A DNA stretch of 63,786 bases, counting the filler, from Octopus bimaculoides (lineage: Eukaryota): NCBI RefSeq assembly GCF_001194135.2. It is 5 parts of 5 records of this genome, joined end to end, with 100 filler letters (N's around TTAATTAATTAA, not from the genome) between each part and the next. Parts side by side here need not be neighbours in the genome. Positions count along the whole stretch, not along the records: positions 18,960 to 46,443 come from NC_068984.1; positions 46,544 to 59,054 come from NC_068991.1; 3 more parts are not named here. One strand, given 5' to 3'. Below the pieces are notes generated by a model. That model made no database searches. It had not been told where the DNA came from and saw only the letters and a program-made list of their open reading frames with translations. Below, one piece after another: positions 39,111 through 51,866 of this stretch. The first letter of the stretch is position 1; each line of letters begins with the position of its first letter. The position numbers were made by a program, and so were the translations under genes.

Positions 39111-39504
39111 GTGGAGGTGCAATGGCCCAGTGGTTAGGGCAGCGGACTCGCGGTCATAGGATCGCGGTTTTGATTCTCAGACTGGGCGTTGTGAGAGTTT
39201 ATTGAGCGAAAACATCTAAAAAGCTCCACGCGGCTCCGGCAAGGGATGGTGGTGAACCCTGCTGTACTCTTTCACCACAACTTTCTCTCATTCTTACTTC
39301 CTGTTTCTGTTGTGCCTGTAATTCAAAGGATCAGCCTTGTCACACTGTGTCACGCTGAATATCCCCGAGAACTACGTTAAGGGTACACGTGTCTGTGGAG
39401 TGCTCAGCCACTTGCACGTTAATTTCACGAGCAGGCTGTTCTGTTGATCGGATCAACTGGAACCCTCAATGTTGTAAGCGACAGAGTGCCAACAACAACA
39501 ACAG
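39111..39504 (+). mobile_element. Full-length SINE family A with 11-bp TSD
   Basis: CTTGCATTGTG at 39098 and 39505; near-identical body to the 34157 copy. Confidence 0.95.
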
Positions 39505-39949
39505 CTTGCATTGTGCCAAAATCAGGAATTACTAAATATGATGAATTTTCTGATGAGAGTAACAGATGAGTGTCCAATAAGAGATGAAAATGGAAGTGGT
39601 TTTGCTGAACAACTTACTCAAAGGGTTTGTGCATAGCTTATCCCATTCTTTCCTAATTGTGTAACCTGATCTGGTACATAGTGTGCCATATACAAAACAC
39701 TAATGGACTTATGATAGCGAAGGTTATGGATGCTAAACCAAAACAGATAGATACTGATCTCATTTAACACTAATATATCAATATATTCATTCATTCATTT
39801 CATTTAACATCTGCTTTTCATGTTGATATCCAGTTTTCATCTACCAAGTTCTCTCTCATGGTATTGGTCAGCTCAGAGCTACAGTAAAAGATTCTCTTAT
39901 GTAGAGCACAATGGGACTGAACATGAAGCCATGTAGTTGTGAAGCAAAC

Positions 39950-40269
39950 TTCTAAACCACACAGCCATGCCTACACACATACACACGCACACATGCACAC
40001 AAGCACACACACATGCAAGTACACACACACACACATGAGCATGCACTCACACACACACATACACACATGCACAAGTACACACACACAAGCACACAAGCAC
40101 ACACACATACACACACAAGCACATGCACACATGTACACACACAAGCACGCACACACACAAGCATGCACACACAAGCTCACGTGCACACACACTAGCACAC
40201 CTGCACACGTGCACATGCACACAAACACACACACACACAAGCACGCGCACACACAAGAATACACATACA

Positions 40270-40315
<46 letters not shown>
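39950..40315. repeat. Degenerate (CA)n-derived low-complexity tract
   Basis: cacacacatgcacacaagc-like units grading into pure (CA)n. Confidence 0.9.
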
Positions 40316-40319
<4 letters not shown>

Positions 40320-42762
40320 ATTAGAGAATGTATTATAATGTAAGAACCCATGCTCAGGAGAGCTATTCAGGAAAGCTAATTCAGTAAAGAAAAGTATACT
40401 TATTTGCTTAAAATATTTAGCCTTGCAGTAGAGTGATTTTTAAGGTTTGAGTCTAAAATATTAGTTAAGACCTGCAGTCAGGTCTTTGCTAACACTTTTG
40501 GTACTACAAGCTTCTGTACAGTGGTTCTCATGAAGTTCTCTGCATATTTTAAATATTGTATTATAAAAATTCTGTGTGAAGGTAATGTTGGTGTACACAT
40601 GGGCTTGTGCGCATGCATACACACACACACATGCTTTCACATGCACATACATATGCACACACACATTGCACACATATAAACAAGCACACACACACACACT
40701 CATATACAGTTACTTGTCCTTGAGATACATGGGTTGACATATCTTCTTAGATCATTCATTTTACTTGCTCTTGTGTGTTTTACTGAGTTCTGCTGTATGT
40801 TCATCTAAACCTGTATCAGTCAAAAAGAATTCTTTTAAAAAGCCAAGTCATTAATTTAATGTTACAGTGCTAAGAGTCATCTATATTAGCTTGTACCAAC
40901 ACAAAGCCAGATGGATGAGGCGATGAGAGTTAAATGTCTTGGTAGCTGATTTAGTGCAGCATTGATAATAAGAAACAATGGCTGTGAGGTTAAGCTGCAG
41001 AATTATTAACCTCCTGTTCAGGTCTTAGAAGAGCTATTGCATTGTGCTCATGAGCAAAGCACATGTCATTGCTTGCCCCAGTTTGCTTATATACACTTAG
41101 ATACACTTTTAAACACATACTCTCACACATATTTTAGTGTATCCCTCATGGCTAAGGAAGTTGTTCACCTGATGGTTATTACCTGTGCAGCATGATGAAC
41201 TTAAAGGAAAATAAACTGTTGCCAGCCAGTGCATGCATCCCATTATCAGAACAAACATCCAAGTTTAATAGCAAAATGAGAATTAGAGTTAGTTCACTGA
41301 GGTTCCTTTTCTGGTATCATAGAGCTATTTCTACAGAAAAATAGCCCTGAGGTAAGCTTCTATTGGATCACTTGATCTGATCAAAATAGCAGCTAAACTT
41401 CTCTGAAAACTACTCTACCATCATAAACTTATTCCTAGCTCCAGTGTACAAATAAGACAGCTGATGGTGGCTGGAACAGTTTTGGTCATAGGTTTGCTAG
41501 ATCAAAACTGACTGTAGTTCAACAACAACAAGAATTAGTGCTTCTTAGAATGCTGAGTTGCTCCTATCTTGCTATACCTATTTTCATCTGGATCAAGTGG
41601 GCCATTTTGTTTATAATTTTCTTGGTAATGTAGTGTGGGTGAGCAGATATGAACTGCTGGCCTTTCTGTTAATTGTCTGTGTGTCCATCTGTGAATAAAT
41701 GTTTATACATGCTCATGTGTATGCATCACTTAACCCTTTGTTAGTCACCTAACCTTTCTGAACATGGTTAGTCACATGGAGTGTTTACACATCCCAAAAC
41801 ATAAATGTTTATAGTTTTAGTATTGTGTAAAATATACTCATTCTGTTGGTTCAGGATATATTTGCAATCACTGCTAAGAAATTTGAAATCTTTGTAGCTG
41901 ATTGATATTAATATAAAACAATACAATAAAATAAATTATAACATTAAGGAAAAACTAAAAACCTTAGATTCATATCACATTTATTTTGAAAATACTCACA
42001 GAATACACCACTTTGTGGAATTTTTTAATATCCATGATGAATATTAGCATTAAAGAAGTAACATAACAGGCAATTTTTGTTACAATAGGCATTAAATCAA
42101 AACTTGAACTAAAGATATAATTAGTCATTGAAATGAAAATGGCTATAAATTTGTTACATAAGAAGATGGTGCATATTGTAGGTGAAACATCGATTCAGTA
42201 ATAGAAATGTTTTTTTTTTTTTGCTCAAAACTAGACACAAAATGTTTCCATAAGCTGAAATTGCAAGAAAATGAATGTGAGCTCATTATATAGCCATTAC
42301 CGTTTACTCTGATTCACCATCTGCTGCTGTACTCTCGCAATTTGTACAGCTCAAAATTATCTTAATCACGTTTCTTGCAAATGCTACATATTGTTTTCAC
42401 CTTTCAATCCTTTGACCTGGCATAAAATGCACATCTCTTTGTCTAACCTTGTAATGGTTCTGAGGTTGTTGCAACTGCAGCTTTGGGCAACTGAGCCACA
42501 ACTGTGCTACACTACCTGCAACACACCCTCACTGAGTCAGAAGAGTGGAAGAAGGGAGCAAAAAAAAAAAGTTGCCACCTAGAAATTATGATCATTTAAA
42601 AAAATTTGGGTGATAACACATCCCATGTAACTGACGAAGGGTTAAATCTAACAAATCCTTCCTAATGTCCTTCATTTATATTATATCATACTCTAAGTAG
42701 TGTGAACATATACATGAAAAATAACTGAAGCATTTCTTTACACTGTTCTTCATTTTATTCAG

Positions 42763-42893
42763 CTCCAGGCCAACGAGTGTGCACTTGTCCATCTGGATAT
42801 TTTGGCTCTGGTATTGGTCCCAATGGTTGTTCTCAAAGTCCTGCCAATGATCCATGTGCAAACAATAATTGCATGAATGGTGCTTCTTGCCAG
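42763..42893 (+). CDS. CUBN: Cubilin-like gene, EGF6/EGF7 exon (APGQRVCTCPSGYFGSGIGPNGCSQSPANDPCANNNCMNGASCQ); last exon found
   Basis: ttcag acceptor, gtgagt donor, phase 1 to 0; CTC..GY.G.G.GPNGC is cubilin-typical; all nine exons total 978 nt with no stop. Confidence 0.96.
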
Positions 42894-45084
42894 GTGAGTT
42901 AATTTATCTTAGTGAACATGATAAAAAAAAAAAAAAAGGGTGAGATAAAACGCTGGATTACTGACAAAGAAAGCTAGGAGTTTGAACTTTGTCACATCGA
43001 ATATCATTCTTTTTGTTTTGCTTTATTGAAAATAAGCAAAAATGATTTGAAATGCTAATTGTTTATTTTCCTTAGAGATGCAGGTACAGGAGGATTTTTA
43101 GCCATCCTCACATGATGAAATTCAACTTAGTACAATCTAAAGCAGTTGGTGAGTAGAAGGGCATCTATCTAGCTATAGAAAACATACCAAAAATGGAATG
43201 TACAAGTGGGATTCAGGTATCTCAAGATGCATTATAGGCTGTTTATCTAAGAGGGCAGTAACTCCAAATAAGAACTGATACAGGCTACAGGTTGTTACAA
43301 TAAAATGCACCTGATCACACTGTATGACATACACTATACCGGATTTAGGTGGTTTTTCTCAATTGCTGTAAGAGATGACAGACTATGCAAACCTACTCAG
43401 CTCAGCTCAGGTCAGCAGGTAAAAGCAAACATGAAACATGAAAATTAGTGGTGGTGATGATAAGCTACCTTTGATAAACTTGTGAAATTTAAGTGTTGAA
43501 TATGAAAATTTGCAACAAATACAATCATAGATACATACATGCATGTGTTTGTGTATGTATGAGTGACAGACGAGATGAGATAAATATATAGTGTGCATGT
43601 GTACATACATACACATGCACATACAAATGGATAGATAGTAGGTACATTTTCTTTTTGGTATGTGCTATTAATCATGGTGATGATATAGATAATGCTAATG
43701 AGATCTCCTTTGTTTACTGCTGCTAATGACAATGGCACACTCCTATTGTAATCATCAGTTTTTATCATCAAACTTGGAAGGATATATGTCAAAATTGAAT
43801 ACAATTTTTTTTTCTAAGAAAGTACCAAACAAGATGAAAAGCCACTTAGTATAGGAGACTGTGAAGGAGAAAGGAGAAATTAAAATGAAAGAAATGAATT
43901 CCCTTTAGACTTGAAAGAATTCATGTCATAAGAAGAAAGAAAACAATGAGGAAGAAGAGAGTTCCAAAGTGTAGCAGTTCAAAGAAAGAAGTTACAGTTG
44001 GAGAAAAACATTCTTATTCATGGAAGCACAACAGTGTTTGGGATGAAAATGCTGTTAGGCAAGACGGCACAAAGTGATCTGAAACTAAGAGAGGAAGTTC
44101 ATCAGAGCACTTCCTGTGGCCATAATGATAGAAAAGATTAAGACTGGCAATGTCATATCAGTGTGACAAGAGTTGCAGAGTTGAAGTAAGAGAACGACCA
44201 ATCAAATTCGAGATTCGCTTCTGAACCTGGTTAGAGACATTCAAATGAAAAGATGGTGCATCTGCCCAAATATGACAACAGTATTCCATACAAAGACAAA
44301 TTGTGGACTTGTATAAATACAAACTGGCCTCAGATGCTAGGTAGTGCTTTGACCCATACAATAACCCAACTTTATGGGAAGCAAACCTACCAATTGATTT
44401 TATGTAAGAACTCTTACATCTAATTCTTCTAACTAGCTGAAGTGAACGTAAGCAAAGAATAGAACTTGTTACTTGTCATAATCCTATGTACCCCTAATAT
44501 GACAGAGTGGTTAGAATGCCTTTGACTGTAGGTCAGTTCGATTAGCACTTGCAAAGAGCTAAACAATAACATTTTTACTCAGACATGAACTAGTGGTTTT
44601 TATAAAGTTTAACCAGTTTAAAACTGTATTTATAATAAAATATGATATAGTTCATTTTAAAAATAATGAAGAATTTTGAGAGATATAGCAAAACAGCTGA
44701 TATAATGTTGAGAACTGAAGTAGCAAAAACAGGTGGGGGTGGCAGGGAGAAACAACAAAAAATATACTTACCAAATACACATTATGTGATTTTCTTTCCA
44801 AATCTGTTTTTGAAAATTACAATGAAAACATTAATTATAGATTTTTGTATCTGGTTTGCAAGATTCTTAATGTGAATTTGTGTGTTGAAATAAATTTTGT
44901 TGTGTCTGAGAAGTGTCATACTGTCTTAATACCTAATACAATTTGCGGGTTCAATTTCCAGTCATTTATTATTTGTATTTTTTCTTTTCCAAAATTAAAA
45001 TTTTCATTACTTTTGCAGCCTTGTCAACATCCATTGACAAGATTGCAAAACCAATGAAAATTTTGGAAAAGAGAAAATATAAAT

Positions 45085-45450
45085 AACAAGAGCATTCAGA
45101 GAGCACAAACCTCCACCAAGGCAACACCAACATCCTCTCAAGGATTAGCCGGAAATGATTTTTAAAATAAGAATATCTGAAATAAACTCAATTACTCTCA
45201 TAAATGAGAATACTAAAAATGAACTTGACCGCTCTCAAAAATTAAGTAAAGAAACCAGAAAAATAATCCAGAATCCTTGTCTGGTACCAGATTGATCCCA
45301 AAATCTAATCAGTTCATGCCAGTCATGAGGCCAAACATCCCTGATGTTTCATCTGAATCCATCCAGCGGTTCTTGAGATATCTTGTCCATGGACAAACAA
45401 ACAAACATGACTGGAAACAATACCTTCGCCTTAGCCAAGGTGGAGGTAAT
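45085..45450 (+). mobile_element. Helentron-associated (HINE/DINE-1-like) non-autonomous element
   Basis: aacaagag start, subterminal aacctccaccaagg, (ACAA)n, and 3' palindrome taccttcgccttagccaaggtggaggta. Confidence 0.55.
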
Positions 45451-46690
45451 AAATGAGTGGAACTGGTTGAATATTAGATATTAAGGCAGTGTGACACTCC
45501 CCAGACACAACAAAATTAATTATAGATTTGTTTGCTAAGAAAACAAACAAATGAATTTATGATTTATATATAATTAAAAAAAAAATTTTTTTTAAGATGT
45601 GAAAAAATTTACAAAATGAAAAATACATAATATGTATTTGGCATGAATCACTCTATGTTCTGTACTAATTCGATTTGAGACATTCCTATAATGTTCAATG
45701 TAAAATAAGTCTCTCATTTAAGCTGTGAATTTGTTGAGTTGTTAGTATGTCAGAAAGATTGCCTTGTTGTATCCATTCCAGTTCTTTGCTTCAGAGTCAA
45801 CTTTGCTTGTCATCCTTTTGGGATTTATAAATAAGTACCAGTTCTGTACTGGAATTTATTTTTCTCTCCCGCTGTCTGTCTGTCTCTTTCTTTTCGTGTA
45901 TTTCTCTGTCTCTCTGGAAGAAATTGGTTGCAGTCAGACCTGAGGAAGGGGGGGGGGGAGTTCTGTTTGGTCTAAAAATGTCCAAGACACTTGTGAATCC
46001 AAGACAAGGCAAATCTCTAGTTAGAATTCATCACTCAGTACATTCAGTTGAAAATTTACAGACTGTATAAGTTTATAGAGAAACTAATTTCATTTACTAT
46101 TATGTTAAAAGTTCAGTTAAAAAAAGATATAATCTGTCCACAAAATAACACTTATCATCATCATCATCATCATCGTTTAACGTCCGCTTTCCATGCTAGC
46201 ATAGGTTGGACGATTTGACTAAGGACTGGTGAAACCGGATGGCAACACCAGCCTCCAATCTGATTTGGCAGAGTTTCTACAGCTGGATGCCCTTCCTAAC
46301 GCCAACCACTCAGAGAGTGTAGTGGGTACTTTTACGTGTTACCCGCACGAAGGCCAGTCAGGTGGTACTGGCAACGGCCACGGTCAAAATGGTGTATTTT
46401 ATGTGCCACCCGCACAAGAGCCAGTCCAGGGGCACTGGCAACGNNNNNNNNNNNNNNNNNNNNNNNNNNNNNNNNNNNNNNNNNNNNTTAATTAATTAAN
46501 NNNNNNNNNNNNNNNNNNNNNNNNNNNNNNNNNNNNNNNNNNNCACCACCACCACCACCACCACCACCACCACCATCATCATCACCACAAATATTTTCGT
46601 TATCGTTGTTTCATTTGCTATTGTTTATTGCTACACGCCTTTTGCTTTTGTTGCTGTTGTTTCAGTTATTCTTTGTTTTTTGGCTAATAC

Positions 46691-46724
<34 letters not shown>

Positions 46725-46728
46725 ATGG

Positions 46729-47405
46729 TTGTGACCTGGTAGAATCGCTATCATGCCGGACAAATGCTTCGCGGCATTCTTGAGTTCAAATTCCGCCGCG
46801 GTCGACCTTATCTATCAATCTTTCGGGGGTGGGGGTTGATAAAATAAATACCAGTAGAGTACTGGAGCGATGTAATCGACTTAACCCTGCCCCAAAATTT
46901 CTGGCCTTCTACCAACCAAAATTTGAAACCAGTATTTCATTTTGACTGTGAGCTGGCAGAACTGTTAGCATGTCGGACAAATTGACTAGCAGTATTTCTT
47001 CCGACTCTTTACGTTCTGAGTTCAAATCCCGCCGAAGTTGACTTTGTCTTTCTTCCTTTCGGGGTCAATAAAATAAGTAACAATCCTATACTGGGGTCGA
47101 CATAATCGACTAGCCCCCTTCGCAAAATATCTGGGCCCTCGGCTTATAGAAGAAAGAAAAGGAAAACATATCTTATTTGATTGAAGCGTTGGGCTGCCAG
47201 AACCCTTAGCGCGTAGGACAGAAGACTTAGCAGCATTTTTTTTCCGACTATTTATGCTTTGAGTTCAAATCTCGCCAAAGCCAACTTTGCCTTTCATCCG
47301 TGCAGGAATCGATAAAATAATGTATCAGTGAAATACTGAGGTCGATGTAATCGATTTTCCCTCCTCCTTCTCAAAATTGCTGGCCTTGTCCAAACTTCGG
47401 AAGAA
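46729..47405 (+). mobile_element. Three head-to-tail diverged copies of SINE family C
   Basis: Units start at ~46729, ~46947 and ~47186, each with gagttcaaat...gac(c/t)tt...aaata...gtcga.(g/a)taatcga. Confidence 0.85.
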
Positions 47406-47449
47406 ATATTTTATTTGATCAACACCAGCGTAATGTCCGAAAGAGCCGC

Positions 47450-47760
47450 TGGGCTACAATCGTGACGTGATGCACAGATTTTCTCCATTCCTCGTGACTG
47501 TGCCGGAGCTCGGCTCTCTGGTAATGATTTACCTGTACATACCTTGATGTTATCCGTCCATTTTTTTTTCTACCGCTTCTTCACCTTTCTCTTTTCCATG
47601 GTTCTTTGAAGAACAGTCTTTGTAAAGCTATTGAATCTTGTAAAATGGTCATACTCTCGTACCTTTCTCTTCTTCTCCGTTGTAAGATCCTCATTGAAAG
47701 CCAAAGTGATGCTTGATCGTTTCATAGACCTGCTCGTTTATGATCACAACACCGACATAA
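47450..47760 (-). mobile_element. RTE LINE 3' fragment
   Basis: HFTRFNSFTKTVLQRTMEKRKVKKR*KKKWTDNIK resembles the RTE GH..R...K..LQG..EG.R.RGR..KW.DNIK motif. Confidence 0.7.
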
Positions 47761-48234
47761 TACAGCAATATTTATATCGTTAAAGATATGTCACTAAAGA
47801 TCTATCTGCCCACCAATTTTCCACGATACTGAAAATTAATTGAAACATATAACAGGTTAGAAATGTATTCATGAAAACATTAAGACGTTACAGTATGATT
47901 TGAGGGAATTTTTAATATCATTTCTAGCCCGTCGAATAACTGCCTAGAAGTTCCTTCTATAGCTCAAAGTCATTCTCAAACAGACATATAAAAGATATTA
48001 CAAGCATGACCATCTCATTTTTTTTTCAGGCATAACGGTTCTAAGACTACATTAATGAATGCTCTTCCAGTTCATCATATGTTGGGTATTGATTGATTGA
48101 GATTTAGCTGTTATTACTAGCTGACAGAGCGACCAACTTGTTGTTCCTTCTCTCTTTTGGTGTAAGCAGGGAACACGAGTAATTGCAACAAGGTTGCTCA
48201 GCTTGCTAAAAATAAGCACTAAATCCACCTTACA

Positions 48235-48453
48235 GTTCTATATTTAAGAGATGAGGAATTATGTACATTATTTACATTATTTACAATTGACGGATATTTG
48301 TCCTCATCTTGTTTGTTATTAACACAACATTTCGGCTGATATACCCTCCAGCCTTCATCAGGTGACTTGGGGAAATATCGAACTTGGGTTCTCATTCCTG
48401 GAATCGAATCTTGGGGTTAGTAGCCCGCGCTCTTAACCACTATGCCATATGCC
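48235..48453 (-). mobile_element. tRNA-headed short element carrying a hammerhead motif
   Basis: A box TGGCATAGTGG (48447-48437) and B-box-like GATTCGATTCC (48410-48400), then the hammerhead motif and an AT-rich tail. Confidence 0.65.
48321..48366 (-). ncRNA. Minimal type I hammerhead-like motif (partly decayed)
   Basis: Minus strand reads GUCAC CUGAUGA A GGCUG GAGGGUAUAU CAGCC GAAA UG UU GUGUU; helix III AUGU is one transition from palindromic ACGU. Confidence 0.65.
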
Positions 48454-48670
48454 TGTGGGAAATTATGGAGTGAATTTTAGGGGCTTATACATCTACCTTA
48501 AATTACACCCTACTGTCTTAGAAGACGACGCATATGCCCCCTTTTCTTAAAATTATCTTTTAGTTGGGTCGGAGAGGCAGTATCCGTGATCTTTTAGAGG
48601 GTCCTCGAATCAAGTAAGGTGCGGGGAAGTAACCTCAAGCTAGAGACCTGCCCCGAATAATTGCTTTAGA

Positions 48671-48744
48671 GCAGGGTTTGCTACTTTAAAGTAGGGTTTG
48701 CTACTTTAAAGTAGGGTTTGCTATTTTAAAGTAGGGTTTGCTAC
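48671..48744. repeat. 20-bp minisatellite, ~3.7 copies (GTAGGGTTTGCTACTTTAAA)
   Basis: Directly visible tandem units. Confidence 0.95.
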
Positions 48745-49252
48745 CCACGATATCAGATGACATTATTACACCGCACGGCGGATTTGGACATATTAGGAAA
48801 AAGACGTGGTGGTCACAGGTGGAATAACTTTCACCATAGATCTGCTCCATCAGGGCCAGCCTGGGGCTATACAGCAATAACAACAGCAGCAGCAGCAGCG
48901 GCAGCAACAACAACAATAACAACGGTGCGATCTGTGTAGGGGAAGTAAATTATACGAGATAGGGCATGAGGTGAAGTCGGGAGTTGATATGGGTCGGTGA
49001 TAACCGTCACGGTCACGTGATAACGAGACCAAAATTACATTCAAGTTTGTCAACATGAAGATATTAAGAAGAGGTGGAGAGAAACGTTTCCTTTTCTCTT
49101 TCTTTGTTTATTGCTTTCTCTTTTCCTTTCTTTCTTTCTTTCTTTCTTTCTTCCTTCCTGTCTTTTTTTTCTTTCTTTCTCTATTTCTTACCTTCCTTCC
49201 TTCATTCCCTCTCTTTAGTCCCTGATCAACCTCTCTCTTTTCATTCTCTATA

Positions 49253-49336
<84 letters not shown>

Positions 49337-49808
49337 TCTCTTTCAACTTTCATTCTCTCTTATATTCCCTTCTTTCTCTCTTTTCTCTCCCTCTCTCCAT
49401 TCCTCCCCTTCCAATCCTCCGCCTCTCTCTCTCTCTCTCCCTCTCACATATGTCGTCGGTCCCCCCCCCCGTCTCTATCTTTCCATCTTTTTTCTTCTAC
49501 CTCTATATCTATCCCTGTCTGTCTGCCTGTCTCTCTCTCCTTCCCCCTCTCTATCTCTCTCTTTTTCGCTCACTCACTTTCTTTCTCTCTCTCTCCGTCT
49601 CTCTCTCTCTCTCTCTCTCTCGCTCTCTCTATCTCTATCTCTCCATCTCTCTCTCTTTCTCTCTCTTCCTTCCAGTTTGTTTACCTTTTCTCCTCATTTA
49701 TCTTTGTACAACTTACTGTTTTCTATGTATGAGAAATAAAGGGAGAAAGAAATAGAGCTATAGTAGTAGTGGTGGTAGTGGTGGAGTTAGTATTATTATT
49801 ATTATTAT

Positions 49809-49867
<59 letters not shown>

Positions 49868-50300
49868 TGGATGCGTGTGAGTGGTTGTGAATGGGTTTTT
49901 TTTGGATGTATGTGTATGTAACCATTTGCGTATGAATAGCATGTTACATATGAGTGTGTGTGTGTAAATATACGTAGTAATATGTATCTGTATCTATTTT
50001 ATGCGTACCACTGTGAAGGTGTCAATAGGAATGTGAATATTATGGGACTTGTGTGTCTATGTGTGTATGTGTGCCTATGAGTGTGTGTGTGTGAGCGCGC
50101 GCGTGTACGTGCATGTGTGTTTGCATGTATTTCTATGCGTGTGTGTTTATGTAGATATGCAAACATGTATAGATAGACAGATAGATAGATAGATAGATAG
50201 ATAGACAGACAGACACACAGACAGACAGACAGACAGACAGATCGATAGATAGATAGACAGATAGATAGATAGATGCATACATACACACACAAACACACAC

Positions 50301-50338
<38 letters not shown>

Positions 50339-50423
50339 ATGTGTGTGTGTATCTATATGTTTATGTATACTTATATACATGTTTATATATACTTATATAT
50401 GTATACATATATGCACATGCCCC

Positions 50424-50467
<44 letters not shown>

Positions 50468-51866
50468 CGTATACGTATATTTACATTCACATATGCATAC
50501 AAATATATAAAGATGCATATATATATGTATTATATTTGTATATGTATACGTGATATGGTATATATATATACAGTGTCTTTCAGTATCTTGCTAGCCTGGC
50601 TAAGGCTCGCGTTGTTCCGTTTACATATTTGTTTTGCAAGATTTTTTATGTGAAATCGTCTATATATATATANNNNNNNNNNNNNNNNNNNNNNNNNNNN
50701 NNNNNNNNNNNNNNNNNNNNNNNNNNNNNNNNNNNNNNNNNNNNNNNNNNNNNNNNNNNNNNNNNNNNNNNNNNNNNNNNNNNNNNNNNNNNNNNNNNNN
50801 NNNNNNNNNNNNNNNNNNNNNNNNNNNNNNNNNNNNNNNNNNNNNNNNNNNNNNNNNNNNNNNNNNNNNNNNNNNNNNNNNNNNNNNNNNNNNNNNNNNN
50901 NNNNNNNNNNNNNNNNNNNNNNNNNNNNNNNNNNNNNNNNNNNNNNNNNNNNNNNNNNNNNNNNNNNNNNNNNNNNNNNNNNNNNNNNNNNNNNNNNNNN
51001 NNNNNNNNNNNNNNNNNNNNNNNNNNNNNNNNNNNNNNNNNNNNNNNNNNNNNNNNNNNNNNNNNNNNNNNNNNNNNNNNNNNNNNNNNNNNNNNNNNNN
51101 NNNNNNNNNNNNNNNNNNNNNNNNNNNNNNNNNNNNNNNNNNNNNNNNNNNNNNNNNNNNNNNNNNNNNNNNNNNNNNNNNNNNNNNNNNNNNNNNNNNN
51201 NNNNNNNNNNNNNNNNNNNNNNNNNNNNNNNNNNNNNNNNNNNNNNNNNNNNNNNNNNNNNNNNNNNNNNNNNNNNNNNNNNNNNNNNNNNNNNNNNNNN
51301 NNNNNNNNNNNNNNNNNNNNNNNNTGGTGGGTAGTTGTAGTGGTGGTGCTGCTATTGTTGTTGTTGGTGGTGGTGGTGGTGATGGTGAGTGACTGTGGTG
51401 GTGGCGGCGGCGGCGGTGGTGGTGGTGATGGTGGTGGAGTTTATACTGGTGGTAGTGATAATTATTTTAGAAGTGTGGCGTCAGTAGTCGAAGGTTTTGT
51501 TATTGCTGCTGGTGTTGTATAACCCCAGGTCAGACCTGGTCCACCAGTTTGTCGACCAAACATTTACTTTCACATTGACATTATGTCTCTATCAAGATGA
51601 GCGAGGACCAAACTATTCCATCCGACATGTAATGAATTACATACTGGGCAGTTCGGCTGTTTGTACATATTGTATTCCCCTTCATATCCTGTATGTAATC
51701 CTCGTGTGTTCAGCTGGTCTTTCATTTTTAATACTGGGTGCGGAAGAAAAACCTCTCATAGGTTTTTCTGGCGCAACTTGCCGCTAGTGAGGTTATGCAA
51801 TAGTAAGAGTATCTTCATGTAGTCAACTTTCATTACTTTTGATTCTTTAAAAAAATATAATTAGCA

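Noticed and set aside
39939-40351. His/Thr- or Cys/Val-rich ORFs (also 49074-49739, 53593-53989, 57437-57772, 63327-63575)
   Set aside because: Translations of (CA)n, (CT)n, (TACA)n and trinucleotide microsatellites; no splice or domain support
46488-46499. TTAATTAATTAA recurring four times, superficially like a regularly spaced element or CRISPR repeat
   Set aside because: Always flanked by N runs; a six-frame-stop assembly spacer
48671-48744. Possible CRISPR array or telomeric repeat
   Set aside because: Contiguous 20-bp units with no spacers, eukaryotic context, and not TTAGGG arrays
48820-48870. Minus-strand CTGATGG...GAAA
   Set aside because: A9 absent, no helix II or III; resembles an ordinary repeat also seen near 3330
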